From assembly GCA_037308085.1 (NCBI GenBank), contig CP147779.1, forward strand, positions 1,216,001-1,280,000: a stretch of 64,000 nt of DNA, given 5' to 3'. The notes beneath the pieces are model-generated. The model searched no databases and was not told the DNA's origin. It worked only from the letters and a program-made list of their open reading frames with translations. Below are positions 39,748 through 49,146 of the stretch, in pieces (the first letter of the stretch is position 1; every line of letters begins with the position of its first letter). This DNA comes from Promethearchaeati archaeon SRVP18_Atabeyarchaeia-1 (GTDB lineage: Archaea; Asgardarchaeota; Atabeyarchaeia; Atabeyarchaeales; Atabeyarchaeaceae). Made by a program: the position numbers and the translations under genes.

Positions 39748-39831
39748 GGAGCCGACAAGGAGCGCTTCCTATCTCTTTCTTCTGGAGCAGTGGCAAGCGG
39801 GAATCGCAACCAGAGGATTTGATTGCCACGG

Positions 39832-40578
39832 TCATTCCGTCTTCAGGCGTATTCCCGTGCTGGCAATCTCATACTCGACGGGTTTGAGACTGTGCGTGGT
39901 TCCACGCATTTTCAGGATCTCAATATAGCGCTTTCTTTCCTCAGTGCCTTCACTCATGGTTCTCAGAGATATCACGCCATCTGTAAGGAACGAGTCAAAC
40001 CCGAGTGGAACCCTGTGTTCAAGGCCCTGCACATTCTCTGATGTTAGGAGCGCCGTGACAAGGGCAGCGCCCAGAGTCCTGATGATCGTGGTGATGTCGT
40101 ACCGCGTCTCGAACGGGTCCTTCCTACTCTGCGCAAAAGGAGTTACAGAGTCTATAACTACCCTCTTAGCATTGATCTCCATGATGTTCTTGTTTATCAC
40201 AGAGATTAGTTCCCCAACGTGAAATCCCTTCGCACCTAGCGCAGTCTCGTCTCCAGGGATAGCATAAGTCATCTCGCGATCAACAACAACCCTAACTGGG
40301 CTCACGTCGAGAACACGCAGCGAACCCTCAGCATCACACTTCGCCAGGTCGAATCCAAGCTCCTTCGCATTCTCAAAGAGTATCTCCTTGGGCTCCTCCA
40401 TAAGAGTGACGAGAACACCATTCTCCTTATGGTTGACTATCCCATCCAGCAAGAACTGCAGACCAAAGGTCGTCTTACCAGACCCAGGATCCCCCGACAC
40501 CAGAATAGATCTACCCTTCGGATAGCCGCCATCAATTAGCTCATCAAGTCCCGGTACACCTGTTGAAACCCGCTCCAA
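39832..40578 (-). CDS. KaiC/RAD55-like RecA-superfamily ATPase
   Basis: STGVPGLDEL.GG, Walker A GDPGSGKT, Walker B VVIDS, DGVI, ILKMRGT.H. Confidence 0.9.
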   Translation of the reverse strand: MERVSTGVPGLDELIDGGYPKGRSILVSGDPGSGKTTFGLQFLLDGIVNHKENGVLVTLMEEPKEILFENAKELGFDLAKCDAEGSLRVLDVSPVRVVVDREMTYAIPGDETALGAKGFHVGELISVINKNIMEINAKRVVIDSVTPFAQSRKDPFETRYDITTIIRTLGAALVTALLTSENVQGLEHRVPLGFDSFLTDGVISLRTMSEGTEERKRYIEILKMRGTTHSLKPVEYEIASTGIRLKTE

Positions 40579-40918
40579 CTAGACGCAACCCCCACAACCG
40601 ACGATAGAAGCGACGAAAAGATCGTTGCAGACATTAACACTAGGTAATTCATTAGTGACACCGATTATTTATGGGTTTCCTAAATCGGGATCGGGATCAT
40701 TTCCTTCTTCTTAATCCAAAATGTGCAACGCCTACTGAAAACCAGCTGCCACTGTACGTGGTAATTGCAGACTCATGCGGCCAATAACGGAATACGAATA
40801 AAGGATCAGAACCCGCAAACATGGAGGCCCGTTTCTAATTCAAGCTCGGACGACAGGAAATTGGGGAAAAAAAAGGAGGGGATTAGACTTTTCTTAGCGG
40901 AATTGCGCAGCAATCAGC

Positions 40919-42499
40919 CTACTTTATACTGACAGCCTTGGAACCAGACCTTTTTCGCATGAACATCAGACCAGCAACAACAATGATGGCACCCAGTGCA
41001 CTGACAATCAACAGCATCGTTGGTAGGCCGGATGGACTAGTTAGAGGCGACAACTCCACAGTGTAGGTATACGCTGGGTCGTCACACACATATAGCACGC
41101 CAGTCGCGGACCAGTATTGTGTCGCGTTCACTGGTGTCCTTGTCCCACTATCGACTTTCCAAACGGCCTTGACAGTGTACCCATCAGGAACTGCAAGTTT
41201 GAAGTACACCCAGTCTCCGAGAGATACCTTCGACAAGGTAACGTTGCGGATGCCGCCAGTGCCAGTCACTGCACCCGTGTGATCCACGAGTTGATCGGGC
41301 TCGCCAGTTCCATTGGTCGCAAAGTCAGGGACCCCATCCCAGCCATAGTCGACGAAGAACATTGTGCTACCGCCAAAGTGAGTGCTACCCTGTGCGCCAC
41401 CCCCGGTGACATCAATCTGATGGGCATAGCTGCCGTAGTAGACTATAACACCGACCTTCTTCCACACAATCGTTGCGTTCTCAGGAACCTGTATTTCATA
41501 CGTGTTCAATGACCATTGTCCACCACTGTCCGCAGTCTTGACTTCCCAGTTACTTGTAACCGCGAGTCCAAGGTAAAGTCCAAGCTCAGCAAAGACGTTG
41601 ATATCATACTGAATGTTGACATACATATGAAGCGCATCGCTGTAGCCACTGATGCCCCCATGCCCAACTACTGCAAAGTCGACTACCAGGTCAATGAATC
41701 CTCCCGCCATCAGGAGGATGTTGTCAGGCGAGGTTCCACTTGTCTTCCATACGTCAATTTTGCCAACACATTTCACAACATTGAAACCGCCTTGGATTCC
41801 AGGTATGTTAAGATCCTGGAGTGCTGTGGATACCTTACTCCATACCGAATTGAGTGCGCCTTGTATTCTGTTTCGTAGCCAAGCGCTGAAATCCCACTGA
41901 ACATGGTTTACAACGTAGTTTGTTCCTGTCCATGTGTCATTTGCGTCTGTGAACTTAATCGTCAGAGGATTGGCGCTACCAGTATGAGTGACAGGGTCTA
42001 CGCTCTCAATTGCTGGGAACGGAATACTGAAGTTCTTCGTGGTTCCTGTCGGAATAAGCCATTTGGCGTCCCAACTTGTGCTAGAATTCCACTTATTGTA
42101 GAACACATTCGCTGTGCCATTCACGTCAATGTTTACGTCGATCACCAGCATCGCATTGACAGCAATGGTTGCCGTGACAATTCCTGTTGACGTGCTAACG
42201 TTTATGTCATGGGCCGCAACTGATATCTTGGCACCTATGTACAGCTTGTTGACGTTGATGCTGTAGGAATGGAAACCAGCAATGTTTGTAGTGATGATAA
42301 CGTGTCCTGACGCGTTGATCCAGGCCATGAGAGTCCCGTTTACGTCATACAAGAGTGATCCAGGGATGGTCATAGCCATTTGCCGTTGAGGTGCCGCCTC
42401 ATTCTGCTGTGTCGAAGTTGCTGTCGCTGGAGATGCGAACGCTGCTGTTGTCGCTAGAATTGCGATGAAGAGTGCTGCGAAGATAGCTTTACCATTCAA
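40919..42499 (-). CDS. Secreted, C-terminally membrane-anchored cell-surface glycoprotein
   Basis: TTG 42499 after GGGGAGAT; signal peptide; many N-x-S/T sequons; beta-rich body; C-terminal TM helix plus RKRSGSK. Confidence 0.75.
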   Translation of the reverse strand: MNGKAIFAALFIAILATTAAFASPATATSTQQNEAAPQRQMAMTIPGSLLYDVNGTLMAWINASGHVIITTNIAGFHSYSINVNKLYIGAKISVAAHDINVSTSTGIVTATIAVNAMLVIDVNIDVNGTANVFYNKWNSSTSWDAKWLIPTGTTKNFSIPFPAIESVDPVTHTGSANPLTIKFTDANDTWTGTNYVVNHVQWDFSAWLRNRIQGALNSVWSKVSTALQDLNIPGIQGGFNVVKCVGKIDVWKTSGTSPDNILLMAGGFIDLVVDFAVVGHGGISGYSDALHMYVNIQYDINVFAELGLYLGLAVTSNWEVKTADSGGQWSLNTYEIQVPENATIVWKKVGVIVYYGSYAHQIDVTGGGAQGSTHFGGSTMFFVDYGWDGVPDFATNGTGEPDQLVDHTGAVTGTGGIRNVTLSKVSLGDWVYFKLAVPDGYTVKAVWKVDSGTRTPVNATQYWSATGVLYVCDDPAYTYTVELSPLTSPSGLPTMLLIVSALGAIIVVAGLMFMRKRSGSKAVSIK

Positions 42500-42600
42500 A
42501 TGCTTTATCTCCCCACATTTCCATTTTGTTTCGCGTTGATCCCACTGTATGCCCACCGTCGCTTAAAAATGTTGAGGACGTAATCGGTGTATGAAGAATG

Positions 42601-42676
42601 TATATAAATGTATATTTTTAGAATAATGGCTATTTTGTGTGGCAAAGACTGCTGTAAAATATATATAAATGTATAT
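42601..42676. promoter_or_regulatory. 15-bp direct repeat TATATAAATGTATAT (two copies, 61 bp apart), candidate operator pair
   Basis: Exact copies at 42601-42615 and 42662-42676 in an AT-rich divergent promoter region; quasi-palindromic. Confidence 0.55.
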
Positions 42677-43026
42677 CTGATATGACTTGGGAATGTTAGA
42701 TCCCTAATGGAAAAGCTGTCTGAGAGTGGGGAGTGAGGTGGAGAACTTGGGTAATTTCCTGCCCGTAGAAGGACATCTCAGCCCCAAGCCCCAAGATGAT
42801 GCAGACCAACGGTAGGCTGGACGTAGAAGCTGCGGAACGTCGAAGCCGATAAGATATTTAACGTGAAGGCGAATGATGTACATCTCTCATGAAGACGCAC
42901 CTAACATCAGGCATCACACACCTGAGTATCCAGAGAGAATGCATTGCGTCACAAGTTGGCAGAGTTGCACACGAATTTCCTGAAAAGAGTTATTGGGTCA
43001 GAAATTCCCGATGAGATGCTCAGCGT

Positions 43027-43635
43027 ATGGAGAAGAGCTATAGTCCGCGCGAGGCTGCAGCCATACTTGGCGTTGCAGTGCACACCATTCAAGTATGGGA
43101 CAGACAGGGCAAGATACGCTGCGTCAGGCTACCTTCTGGCCGGAGGCGTGTTCCCGAGAGCGAGGTTAGACGCCTCCTGAACGTAAAGGAGGAGAGGAAA
43201 GACGCAATATATGCGAGGGTTTTCTCCAGCAACCAGAAGGGAGAACTCGAGAGGCAGGTAAGCTTACTGAAAGAATTGGCGCCCAGCGCGGTAGTGTACA
43301 CCGATGTTAGATCTGGCTTGAATTTCAAGAGGAAAGGATTATTCCAGCTTCTAGAGGATCTCGTCGACAGGAAGATCGCCAGACTCTTCATTGCGCACGA
43401 AGACAGGCTTGCAAGGATCGGATATGAGCTCATATCATGGTTGTGCGAGAAATACGGCACAGAGATAATCGTCGCAGAGAAGGAGGTAAATCCTTCTCTC
43501 CGACAAGAGTATGGCAAGGATATGATTGCACTCAACATGGCATTTTCGGCGAAGCTTTTCGGGTTGAGGAGTCATAATACAGCTAGGATTCTTCGAGCTG
43601 TAAAGGACGCCATAGCCGAAACGAGGTCTTCTTGA
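43027..43635 (+). CDS. tnpA: IS607-family serine recombinase (TnpA) with catalytic Ser replaced by Phe; no adjacent tnpB
   Basis: N-terminal MerR-like HTH, AIYARVFSSNQK.ELERQ (canonical YARVSS..Q), SGLNFKRKG, HEDRLARIG, FSAKLFG.RSH. Confidence 0.85.
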   Translation: MEKSYSPREAAAILGVAVHTIQVWDRQGKIRCVRLPSGRRRVPESEVRRLLNVKEERKDAIYARVFSSNQKGELERQVSLLKELAPSAVVYTDVRSGLNFKRKGLFQLLEDLVDRKIARLFIAHEDRLARIGYELISWLCEKYGTEIIVAEKEVNPSLRQEYGKDMIALNMAFSAKLFGLRSHNTARILRAVKDAIAETRSS

Positions 43636-43703
43636 ATCGGAGATGAAGGTGCGATTCGCCAAGCCAGGATTATTCATAATGTGGGAGGGGGAATGCTAGA
43701 TAT

Positions 43704-44387
43704 ATGAGAATTTTCGCATCACGCAAGGTTAGGATGGAGGCTATCGAAGATTCTGGCGTGGCAACGTCGTTTGACCGTATAACCGGCATGCCTCAGTTTG
43801 GGCTTCTCCTGCGGCTATTTACCTTGAAGGCGCTCAGCAGTCAGAGTGGCGGTAGAGTCATTGACATCGGTTGCGGCGGAGGGCGACTTGTCCTCAGGCT
43901 TGCGAAAAGTTATCCCTTTGAAGAAGTCATCGGTCTGGACCTGTCTGACAAGATGCTGAGGCTAGCTAGAAGGAGGGCGATAGATGCAGGTCTCGGTGAT
44001 CGAGTCAAGTTCAAGGAGGGGAACGCGGAAATGATCCCATACCCCAGCGGATCGTTTGATCTGGTTGTGAGCACTCTGTCCTTGCATCACTGGTCGAGAC
44101 CAGAGCTTGTCTTCGATGAGATTGCGCGGGTTCTTAGGCCTGCGGGAAAGTGTGTGTTGGGAGACATGCGCAGAGATCCCATGCCCGTATTCACGGGGCT
44201 TATGTGGGTTGTAACGCATTTCATAGTTCCACGCTCTCTGAGGCGCGCAGGAGAGCCTCTTGGGTCTCTGCAGTCAGCATACACGAAGGAGGAGACCTCT
44301 GCCTTTTTGCAGAAGTCCAAACTCGGAGCCTTCAGCAAGGTCACAACGGGACCATTCTGGCTAATCATCAAAGGAAGAAAAATGTGA
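43704..44387 (+). CDS. Class I SAM-dependent methyltransferase
   Basis: VIDIGCGGG, GLDLS..M, FDLVVS...HH, RVLRP.G. Confidence 0.9.
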   Translation: MRIFASRKVRMEAIEDSGVATSFDRITGMPQFGLLLRLFTLKALSSQSGGRVIDIGCGGGRLVLRLAKSYPFEEVIGLDLSDKMLRLARRRAIDAGLGDRVKFKEGNAEMIPYPSGSFDLVVSTLSLHHWSRPELVFDEIARVLRPAGKCVLGDMRRDPMPVFTGLMWVVTHFIVPRSLRRAGEPLGSLQSAYTKEETSAFLQKSKLGAFSKVTTGPFWLIIKGRKM

Positions 44388-44432
44388 TGCGCGTAGCAGA
44401 ACAGGCGGGTTGAAGTAGATACTCTATCTCAA

Positions 44433-44701
44433 GGTTCTGTCAAGTCTTCGGTTGATGACTCGACTGACTCGCATCGACTTTCAGGATTACCTTTCCTTCC
44501 GTTCCGAGGGTTCCTGTACCATCGCTTCACCTGCGAGTCCCTTCAGGCCGAACCACAGCCCTGCACCTGCTTCCACGTCTACACAGGTTCTCTCTTTCCC
44601 CTCCGCCTTCAGCTATAAAGCCACATACCGCGGAGCGAGAAGACTCTTAGACTCACTACCCCGTTCCCAACATATAAATCAACCATAGACTTTGCAGAGC
44701 C
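44433..44701 (-). mobile_element. 269-bp MITE-like derivative of the TnpB elements carrying only a promoter and an omegaRNA-like scaffold (E3)
   Basis: TIRs GGTTCTGTCAAGTCTTCGGTTGAT and rc GGCTCTGCAAAGTCTATGGTTGAT (19/24); flanks TATCTCAA (44425-44432) and TATTTCAA (44702-44709); TTTATATG at 44671-44678; interior aligns with the 3' end of E1. Confidence 0.8.
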
Positions 44702-44844
44702 TATTTCAACAAAGAATTTATATAGAAGTATGATTCGCCTTCTAGGAAGGATGAATATTACCATAAGGTAACAAATAGCGTTGTCTCCACTGCTTAGAGA
44801 CAGCGTTGAACTGACTCTATTTAGGGACTCGGCATAATCTGAAC

Positions 44845-45651
44845 TTGTCACTAAAGTCAACTCTAAACCAGCAAGTTGTCTTGCCCTTAACGATGGGACA
44901 TGTCATGTCGGAGGCGTTGACGGGTTTGGCGTCTCACAAGGATCAGCGTAGCACTTCAGGCAAGGAAAAGACCAAGATGCTAGGCGAGGCATCTGAGGAG
45001 ACAAACACGCCGGAAGCCAGTGAAGCGCCAAGAGAGGAACAGAGCGCAACACCGACGACGCCGATCGCAGATCCCATGGAAAACGAACTAGAATTATTGC
45101 GGAAATCACTTCAGGAGGAAAAGGATAGAGCGGAACAATACCTTGTTTCGCTCAAGTACCTGAAAGCTGAATTCGAGAACTATCAGAAGAGATCCGCAAA
45201 GGAAATGGATGAACTCGCCAAGAGGGGAAGCGAGAGGCTTGCCCGAAAGCTGCTCGGAATCGTGGATGACATCGAGAGAACAATTAATGCATGCAAGGCT
45301 GTAGGCGACCAGAGCAAGCTGCTCGCTGGCGTCGAGATGATCCTAAAAGAACTCGTCAATACCCTCAGAAGCGAGGGAATATTCAAGATAGAGGCAGTCG
45401 GCAAGAGGTTTGATCCTCAACTTCACGAAGCTATCATGGTGAAGAAGACAGACGAATGTCCTCCTGGCACTGTGGTTGAGGAGTTGAGAGCCGGCTACAT
45501 GTTTGATGGCAGAGTCATTAGGCCAAGCATGGTAACGGTGGCAAATCCGCCTGACCGGCAAGGCAGTCCTGAGCCAGAAAACAAGGTGAAAGGTGGGGGA
45601 GGGCAGAGGACAAGCAGTGGTGTTGACAAACGACCCCTCCACGAAACATAG
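44845..45651 (+). CDS. grpE: Nucleotide exchange factor GrpE (true start probably 44926 or 44977)
   Basis: AEFENYQKR, LL.IVDDIER, FDPQLHEA, GY....RVIRPSMV.V. Confidence 0.93.
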   Translation: MSLKSTLNQQVVLPLTMGHVMSEALTGLASHKDQRSTSGKEKTKMLGEASEETNTPEASEAPREEQSATPTTPIADPMENELELLRKSLQEEKDRAEQYLVSLKYLKAEFENYQKRSAKEMDELAKRGSERLARKLLGIVDDIERTINACKAVGDQSKLLAGVEMILKELVNTLRSEGIFKIEAVGKRFDPQLHEAIMVKKTDECPPGTVVEELRAGYMFDGRVIRPSMVTVANPPDRQGSPEPENKVKGGGGQRTSSGVDKRPLHET

Positions 45652-45727
45652 AAGCATCAGCTGATGCCGGATACCTGCAATACAATAATGAATATCACGT
45701 AACAACTGTATCGGTTCATGGAAAGAG

Positions 45728-47719
45728 GTGAATAGACTGATGCCTTCCTCAAAAAGCGAGGCCTCTGAATGGCAGAAGCAAGAGGCGGGAAAGAAAGAGA
45801 AAGTCCTTGGAATAGATTTGGGGACAAGCAACTCAGCAGTAGCAGTCGTGATGGCCGGAAGACCAGTTGTTATCCCGGCCTCTGAGGGCGTGTCCGTTAC
45901 AGGCAAAGCTTTTCCTTCGTTCGTTGCATTCACAAAGGACGGTCAGCTACTTGTCGGAGAACCGGCGAGACGGCAAGCTGTTAGCAACCCTGAGGGAACA
46001 ATCTTAGAAGTTAAACGGAAAATGGGAACCAACGAGAAGATCAAGGTCTTCGGAAAGGAGTATACACCACAGCAGATATCAGCATTCATCCTGCAGAAAA
46101 TGAAGAAAGACGCTGAGACATTTACAGGTGAGAAGTTCGAGAAAGCCGTAATCACAGTTCCTGCCCATTACAACGACAACCAAAGGCAGGCAACCAAGGA
46201 TGCTGCCGAAATAGCTGGGCTCAAGACAATAAGGCTCATCAACGAACCTACCGCCTCAGCGCTGGCATACGGCGTGGACAAAGCTGGAAAAGAACTGAAG
46301 ATCCTCGTGTTCGAACTTGGCGGCGGAACATACGACGTCACAATCATGGAGTTCGGAAAAAATGTCTTTGAGGTAAAAGCAACCAATGGTGACACTCACC
46401 TCGGTGGAACAGATATGGACAAGAGAGTCACAGACTATATTGCCGACATGTTCAGGAAAGATACGGGCATCGATCTGAGAAATGACAAAATGGCCGCGTA
46501 CCGCTTGAAGGAAGCGTGTGAAAAGGCGAAGATAGAACTTTCCACAACCTTGGAGACAGAGATCAACTTGCCGTACATAACGGCTGACGCCACCGGTCCC
46601 AAGCACCTGAACTATAAGATGACGAGGGCCAAACTCGAGGAACTAGTGTCTCCGATACTGGAGAAATGCAAGGAGCCCCTTAGGCTGGCACTGGCCGACG
46701 CTAAGATGACTCCGCAGGACATTGACAAGATTATTCTCGTGGGAGGTCCAACCAGGATGCCCCTAGTAAACAGGTTCGTTGAGCAGATGCTAGGGAAGAG
46801 ACCTGAGAGGGGCGTTGACCCTATGGAGTGTGTGTGCATAGGTGCCGCAATACAGGGTGCAGCTCTGGCTGGAGAGATAAGCGACATACTACTCTTGGAC
46901 GTTACCCCACTATCGCTGGGAGTCGAGACTCTCGGAGGGGTTATGACGAGAGTCATGGATAGGAATACGACAATTCCTGCCAGAAGAAGCCAGATATTCA
47001 CTACGGCAGCAGACTTCCAGACCGCCGTAACCATACATGTGCTCCAAGGGGAGCGTACGATGGCATCGGACAACATATCGCTTGGAGTGTTCAACCTCAC
47101 TGGAATACCGCCCGCACCAAGAGGGACTCCTCAGGTTGAAGTCTCGTTCGACATAGATGCCAGTGGTATCCTTCACGTCACTGCAAAGGACATGGCCACG
47201 GGCAACAAACAGGAGATAGCCATAACCGCCTCCACGAAGCTGAGTCAAGAACAGAAAGACCGCATGAACAGAGAGGCTGAAACCTACGCGGAACAGGACA
47301 AGCAGAAGCGAGACGAGATCGAAACTCGAAACAACGCGGACTCCATGATCTACCAAGCTGAGAAAATGCTTCGCGACCTGGGCGAGAAGGTCTCCAAGGA
47401 CAACAAAGACAAGATAGAGAAGGCCATCAAGGAACTTAGAGGGGCGCTTGATGGAAAGGACATCTCGGGCGTCAAGGCGAAAATGGGGGAGCTATCCAAT
47501 GTGCTCCAGGAAGCTGGCGCAGCAATGTATCAGCAAGCGGGACAGCAGCAGGGACAACAGCAGCAGGGACAACGACAGCAAGAGGGACAACAGCAACAGC
47601 AGCAGGACCAACAAAGATATCCAGGCGATCAGAACAAGGGACAGAACAAGAGCTCACCAAAGGGCGGAGAAGACGTGGTCGACGCAGAATTCAAGGAAGT
47701 AAATGATGAGGACAAGTAG
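45728..47719 (+). CDS. dnaK: Chaperone DnaK (Hsp70)
   Basis: [56 protein letters not shown]. Confidence 0.97.
   Translation: MNRLMPSSKSEASEWQKQEAGKKEKVLGIDLGTSNSAVAVVMAGRPVVIPASEGVSVTGKAFPSFVAFTKDGQLLVGEPARRQAVSNPEGTILEVKRKMGTNEKIKVFGKEYTPQQISAFILQKMKKDAETFTGEKFEKAVITVPAHYNDNQRQATKDAAEIAGLKTIRLINEPTASALAYGVDKAGKELKILVFELGGGTYDVTIMEFGKNVFEVKATNGDTHLGGTDMDKRVTDYIADMFRKDTGIDLRNDKMAAYRLKEACEKAKIELSTTLETEINLPYITADATGPKHLNYKMTRAKLEELVSPILEKCKEPLRLALADAKMTPQDIDKIILVGGPTRMPLVNRFVEQMLGKRPERGVDPMECVCIGAAIQGAALAGEISDILLLDVTPLSLGVETLGGVMTRVMDRNTTIPARRSQIFTTAADFQTAVTIHVLQGERTMASDNISLGVFNLTGIPPAPRGTPQVEVSFDIDASGILHVTAKDMATGNKQEIAITASTKLSQEQKDRMNREAETYAEQDKQKRDEIETRNNADSMIYQAEKMLRDLGEKVSKDNKDKIEKAIKELRGALDGKDISGVKAKMGELSNVLQEAGAAMYQQAGQQQGQQQQGQRQQEGQQQQQQDQQRYPGDQNKGQNKSSPKGGEDVVDAEFKEVNDEDK
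47531..47612 (+). repeat. Gln-rich degenerate tandem repeat (GGACAACAGCAGCAG-like units) in the dnaK tail
   Basis: Encodes [27 protein letters not shown]. Confidence 0.75.
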
Positions 47720-47898
47720 GGTTAGCTTTCCACTGCCTACCCTAGAATGCCACTCTTTTCTTTAATCAAAGGCTGCCATGCCCTACCATCCTTCGGCTTG
47801 TGAGATGATTTGCTGCTACTACAAAATTAATAGAAGACCTGTGTATTCTTAGGTACAGGACTAGGGCGAGGCAATGTCCGCTCTAAGAGGTAATTTGT

Positions 47899-49017
47899 AT
47901 GAAATCAGCCACTGAGGTCGATGGGAGCGGTTTTCGGAGTCTCTTCGGATTGAAAGTGAAGTTGCTCTGCGAAGGTTTGAGGGTTCCCGAGGGTATGAAT
48001 AAGGGAAGAAAAGCAGGCGCAGGACCCGCCGGAGGCATATACCTCCAGCTCAACGACACGTTTGGTGTCAATGCCCCCACATGGCCGAAGTTTGCCCAAT
48101 ACTCCTCGATGTCACTTCAGAGCGTTGGCGAGAATTCGTGGGTGATCAGAGACGGTCAAAGGGAGTGGAGGGTCAAGCCCTTGGAAAGACCCAAATTTTA
48201 CGATAAGCTTACTAAAGACGGCATCCAGATGAGTAAGATAGTTCTGAGGCACAGCACCGACTGCATTGCCTCAACGGTACTTCAGACATGTGTCTACTGG
48301 AGAACAGGCGAACAGTGCAGATTCTGTGGAATCGAGTTATCCCTGAGAGAGAGCAATACTGTTGCCAGGAAGACACCCAGACAATTGATAGAGGTTGTCG
48401 ACGAGGCCTTATCAGAAGGAGTATGCAAACATATCACGCTTACAACTGGGACTCCAACAACGGATGACAAGGGAATCAAGACTTACGCCGGAATGGTGGA
48501 GGCTCTGAAGGTTACCCAGCCTTCCCTTCCAGTACAGGTCCAATTCGAGCCGCCAAGGACGGTGCTTACGATGGACGAGCTCAACCGAGTTGGCGTCGAC
48601 TCGGTGGGGATTCATATTGAGTCATTCGACAGGGATGTCTTGAAAAAATTATGCCCTGGCAAATCAAGAACGGCAGCCGAGGAGTATATCGAGGCTTGGA
48701 GGTATGCGACGGAGCTATTTGGGGAAGGTCAGGTAAGCACGTACATAATCGCTGGTCTGGGAGAGAGCGATGATAATATTGTGTCAGCGGCAAGGCTGCT
48801 GGCCCATCTGGGAGTCATACCGTACGTTGTGCCCCTGAGACCGATCACGGGCGCACCAATGGAAAATGTTAATCCACCTTCGACAGATAGGATGACAAAG
48901 CTCTACATGGATGTAGCTGACGTTCTCAATGAGTGTGGATTGGATCCTGCTTCCAGCAGAGCAGGATGTCCAAGATGCGGTGCCTGTTCTGCCCTCGACA
49001 CAGCAATGAAGGCATAA
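47899..49017 (+). CDS. Radical SAM protein, MSMEG_0568-like family
   Basis: RKAGAGP, ASTVLQTCVYW.....CRFCGI, LTTGT, PGK, FGEGQVSTYIIAGLGE, C-terminal GCPRCGACS. Confidence 0.8.
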   Translation: MKSATEVDGSGFRSLFGLKVKLLCEGLRVPEGMNKGRKAGAGPAGGIYLQLNDTFGVNAPTWPKFAQYSSMSLQSVGENSWVIRDGQREWRVKPLERPKFYDKLTKDGIQMSKIVLRHSTDCIASTVLQTCVYWRTGEQCRFCGIELSLRESNTVARKTPRQLIEVVDEALSEGVCKHITLTTGTPTTDDKGIKTYAGMVEALKVTQPSLPVQVQFEPPRTVLTMDELNRVGVDSVGIHIESFDRDVLKKLCPGKSRTAAEEYIEAWRYATELFGEGQVSTYIIAGLGESDDNIVSAARLLAHLGVIPYVVPLRPITGAPMENVNPPSTDRMTKLYMDVADVLNECGLDPASSRAGCPRCGACSALDTAMKA

Positions 49018-49146
49018 GTCCCCAGCTGGAATAGCAGGGAATATTAAAATACGGGAGGCAATGTTGGATACTCAGTATTCTTGATCCTTCTTGGGATGCC
49101 CTGGCTTGATACCTTCATAGCTGATGAAGAGGGGGCAACTACTCGA

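Noticed and set aside
44780-44870. CIRCE-like heat-shock operator before grpE
   Set aside because: Only partial TTAG.GACTC similarity, with no matching inverted half-site.
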